Source: Phoronis australis
Lineage: Eukaryota > Animalia > Phoronida
NCBI GenBank assembly: GCA_002633005.1
Contig: NMRA01000033.1
Span: 1,292,797 to 1,356,796, forward strand
Direction of reading: 5' to 3'
DNA: 64,000 nucleotides
Under the pieces are notes generated by a model that worked only from the letters and a program-made list of their open reading frames with translations, ran no database searches and was not told the origin of the DNA. Of this stretch, positions 62,690-64,000 are shown one piece after another; within the stretch, counting starts at the first letter, position 1, and each line of letters begins with the position of its first letter. Position numbers and translations under genes: made by a program.

Positions 62690-63690
62690 GAAGGAGCTGA
62701 TAAGATTCAAACGAAACTTTCAGGTAGTAGTCGAAATTGTCGGCAAATCATCGTCAGCCGTCCTCTTCATATTAAGAACATACATGCCAATTTCCACAAT
62801 CATCCTTAGAGCGGTTTGGTTGATAGAGGGGTGGACGCCAAAAAACAGACTCGAAAACAGCAAAAATGACCACTAGGTGACGCAAACTACGTCGAATCCA
62901 TCCCAAAACAGGAGGACAGCGTCATCTCACTAATAGGTGTCTATATTCCAAATTTTACGAAAATACCTTGAGGACCTTTGAAGATACAGAGGTAAACATA
63001 AAAAAGTAACTTGCCACTAGGGGGCACACCGATAGTCAGATCTATCGGAAAGTCGTCGTCATCCATTGTCAACATCATATAAATATTTGCAGAATCTAGT
63101 AAAGTTCCTGCCAACAGTTTAGGAGATACAGCCATGGGCGCAAAAAGAGACAAAACTGCCAATACTAAGCGCCACAGTAGTCGACATTGTCGGAAAATCA
63201 TCGTCAGCCATCTTCTTCATAATAAAAACATACATGCCAATTTCCACGATCATCTTCAGAGTGGTTTGGTTGATAGAGGGTTGGGGGCCAAAAAACAGAC
63301 TCAAAAACAGCAAAAATGGCCATTAGGTGGCACAAATTACGTCGAATTCATCTGAAAATGAGAGGATAGCGTCATCTCACCAACAGACGCCTATATGCCA
63401 AATTTTATGAAAATACGTTAAGGACCTTTGAAGATATAGAGGTAAGCGTAAAAAACTAAAAGTGCCACCAGGGGGCACACCCGTAGTTGGATCTGTCTGA
63501 AAGTTCGCTCAAGCTGTCCCGTCCATGATAGAAACATATGTGCAAAATTTCATGAACATACGTCGAAGGGTTTTGGAGAGAGAGCAGCGGACACCAGACG
63601 CCGGACGGACGGATGCCAGACGGACGGACGGAGATGACGGCACAATGCGTCCACATATAAATATGTGGGACTTTGTGGGTGCATAAAAAC
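62690..63690 (+). mobile_element. Helentron-associated (HINE/DINE-1-like) element with internal tandem array
   Basis: ~451-bp higher-order repeat (62727 vs 63178) of ~150-bp subunits with ATGCCAAATTT motifs, then a (GACG)n microsatellite, a hairpin CCACATAT..ATATGTGG and an A-run. Confidence 0.7.
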
Positions 63691-63857
63691 ATCAGACATG
63701 ACCCAATTTATAGCAGATTGGAATAAGAAATCAAATTACTACAGGATTTTTACTTTCAAAAAATATACTTTCACATAATTTATTTAAATTCTACGGTTTT
63801 GTAGATAGTTGTCTAAGTGCCCACACCTGTAGATAATGCCATACATAACTTAAAGAT

Positions 63858-63980
63858 AACATTACATAACCTACAGGTAACATTACGTAACCTACAGGTA
63901 ACATTACATAACCTACAGGTAACATTACATAACCAACAGGTAACGTTACATAACCTACAGGTAACATTACATAACCTACA
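63858..63980. repeat. 21-bp minisatellite, ~6 copies
   Basis: AACATTACATAACCTACAGGT repeated. Confidence 0.95.
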
Positions 63981-64000
63981 AGCCAGCTTAAGTGTGAGAG

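Noticed and set aside
63858-63980. CRISPR-like array (also considered at 15620 and 38912)
   Set aside because: Contiguous tandem units without unique spacers, no cas genes, eukaryotic context.

Overview
AT-rich, intron-rich animal (probably invertebrate, plausibly lophotrochozoan) genomic DNA with three small assembly gaps. Host genes I can reconstruct by hand: a 5-exon alpha-carbonic anhydrase (+, 25393-29709, 5' end uncertain), a complete 7-exon clan-2 cytochrome P450 (+, 35725-50511, 498 aa), the last coding exon of TTC1 (-, 62397-62521), and a candidate small secreted-protein gene (+, exons 459-552 and 741-801). Most of the rest is transposon-derived. It includes a family of CA..TG-ended elements with 5-bp TSDs, one of which inserted into its own family member in reverse orientation (10926-15560). 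There is also a Kolobok deletion derivative carrying THAP and KolX/P2X7-ballast-like remnants, and hairpin-ended elements with tRNA-like Pol III boxes, two of them forming a 1.5-kb palindrome. One LTR is flanked by both a PPT and a PBS. A dense cluster of transposase remnants (piggyBac, RAG1/Transib/Chapaev-like, IS3EU-like, gypsy, Kolobok) lies at 56.8-61.1 kb. Family assignments come from motif recognition only; no searches were run.
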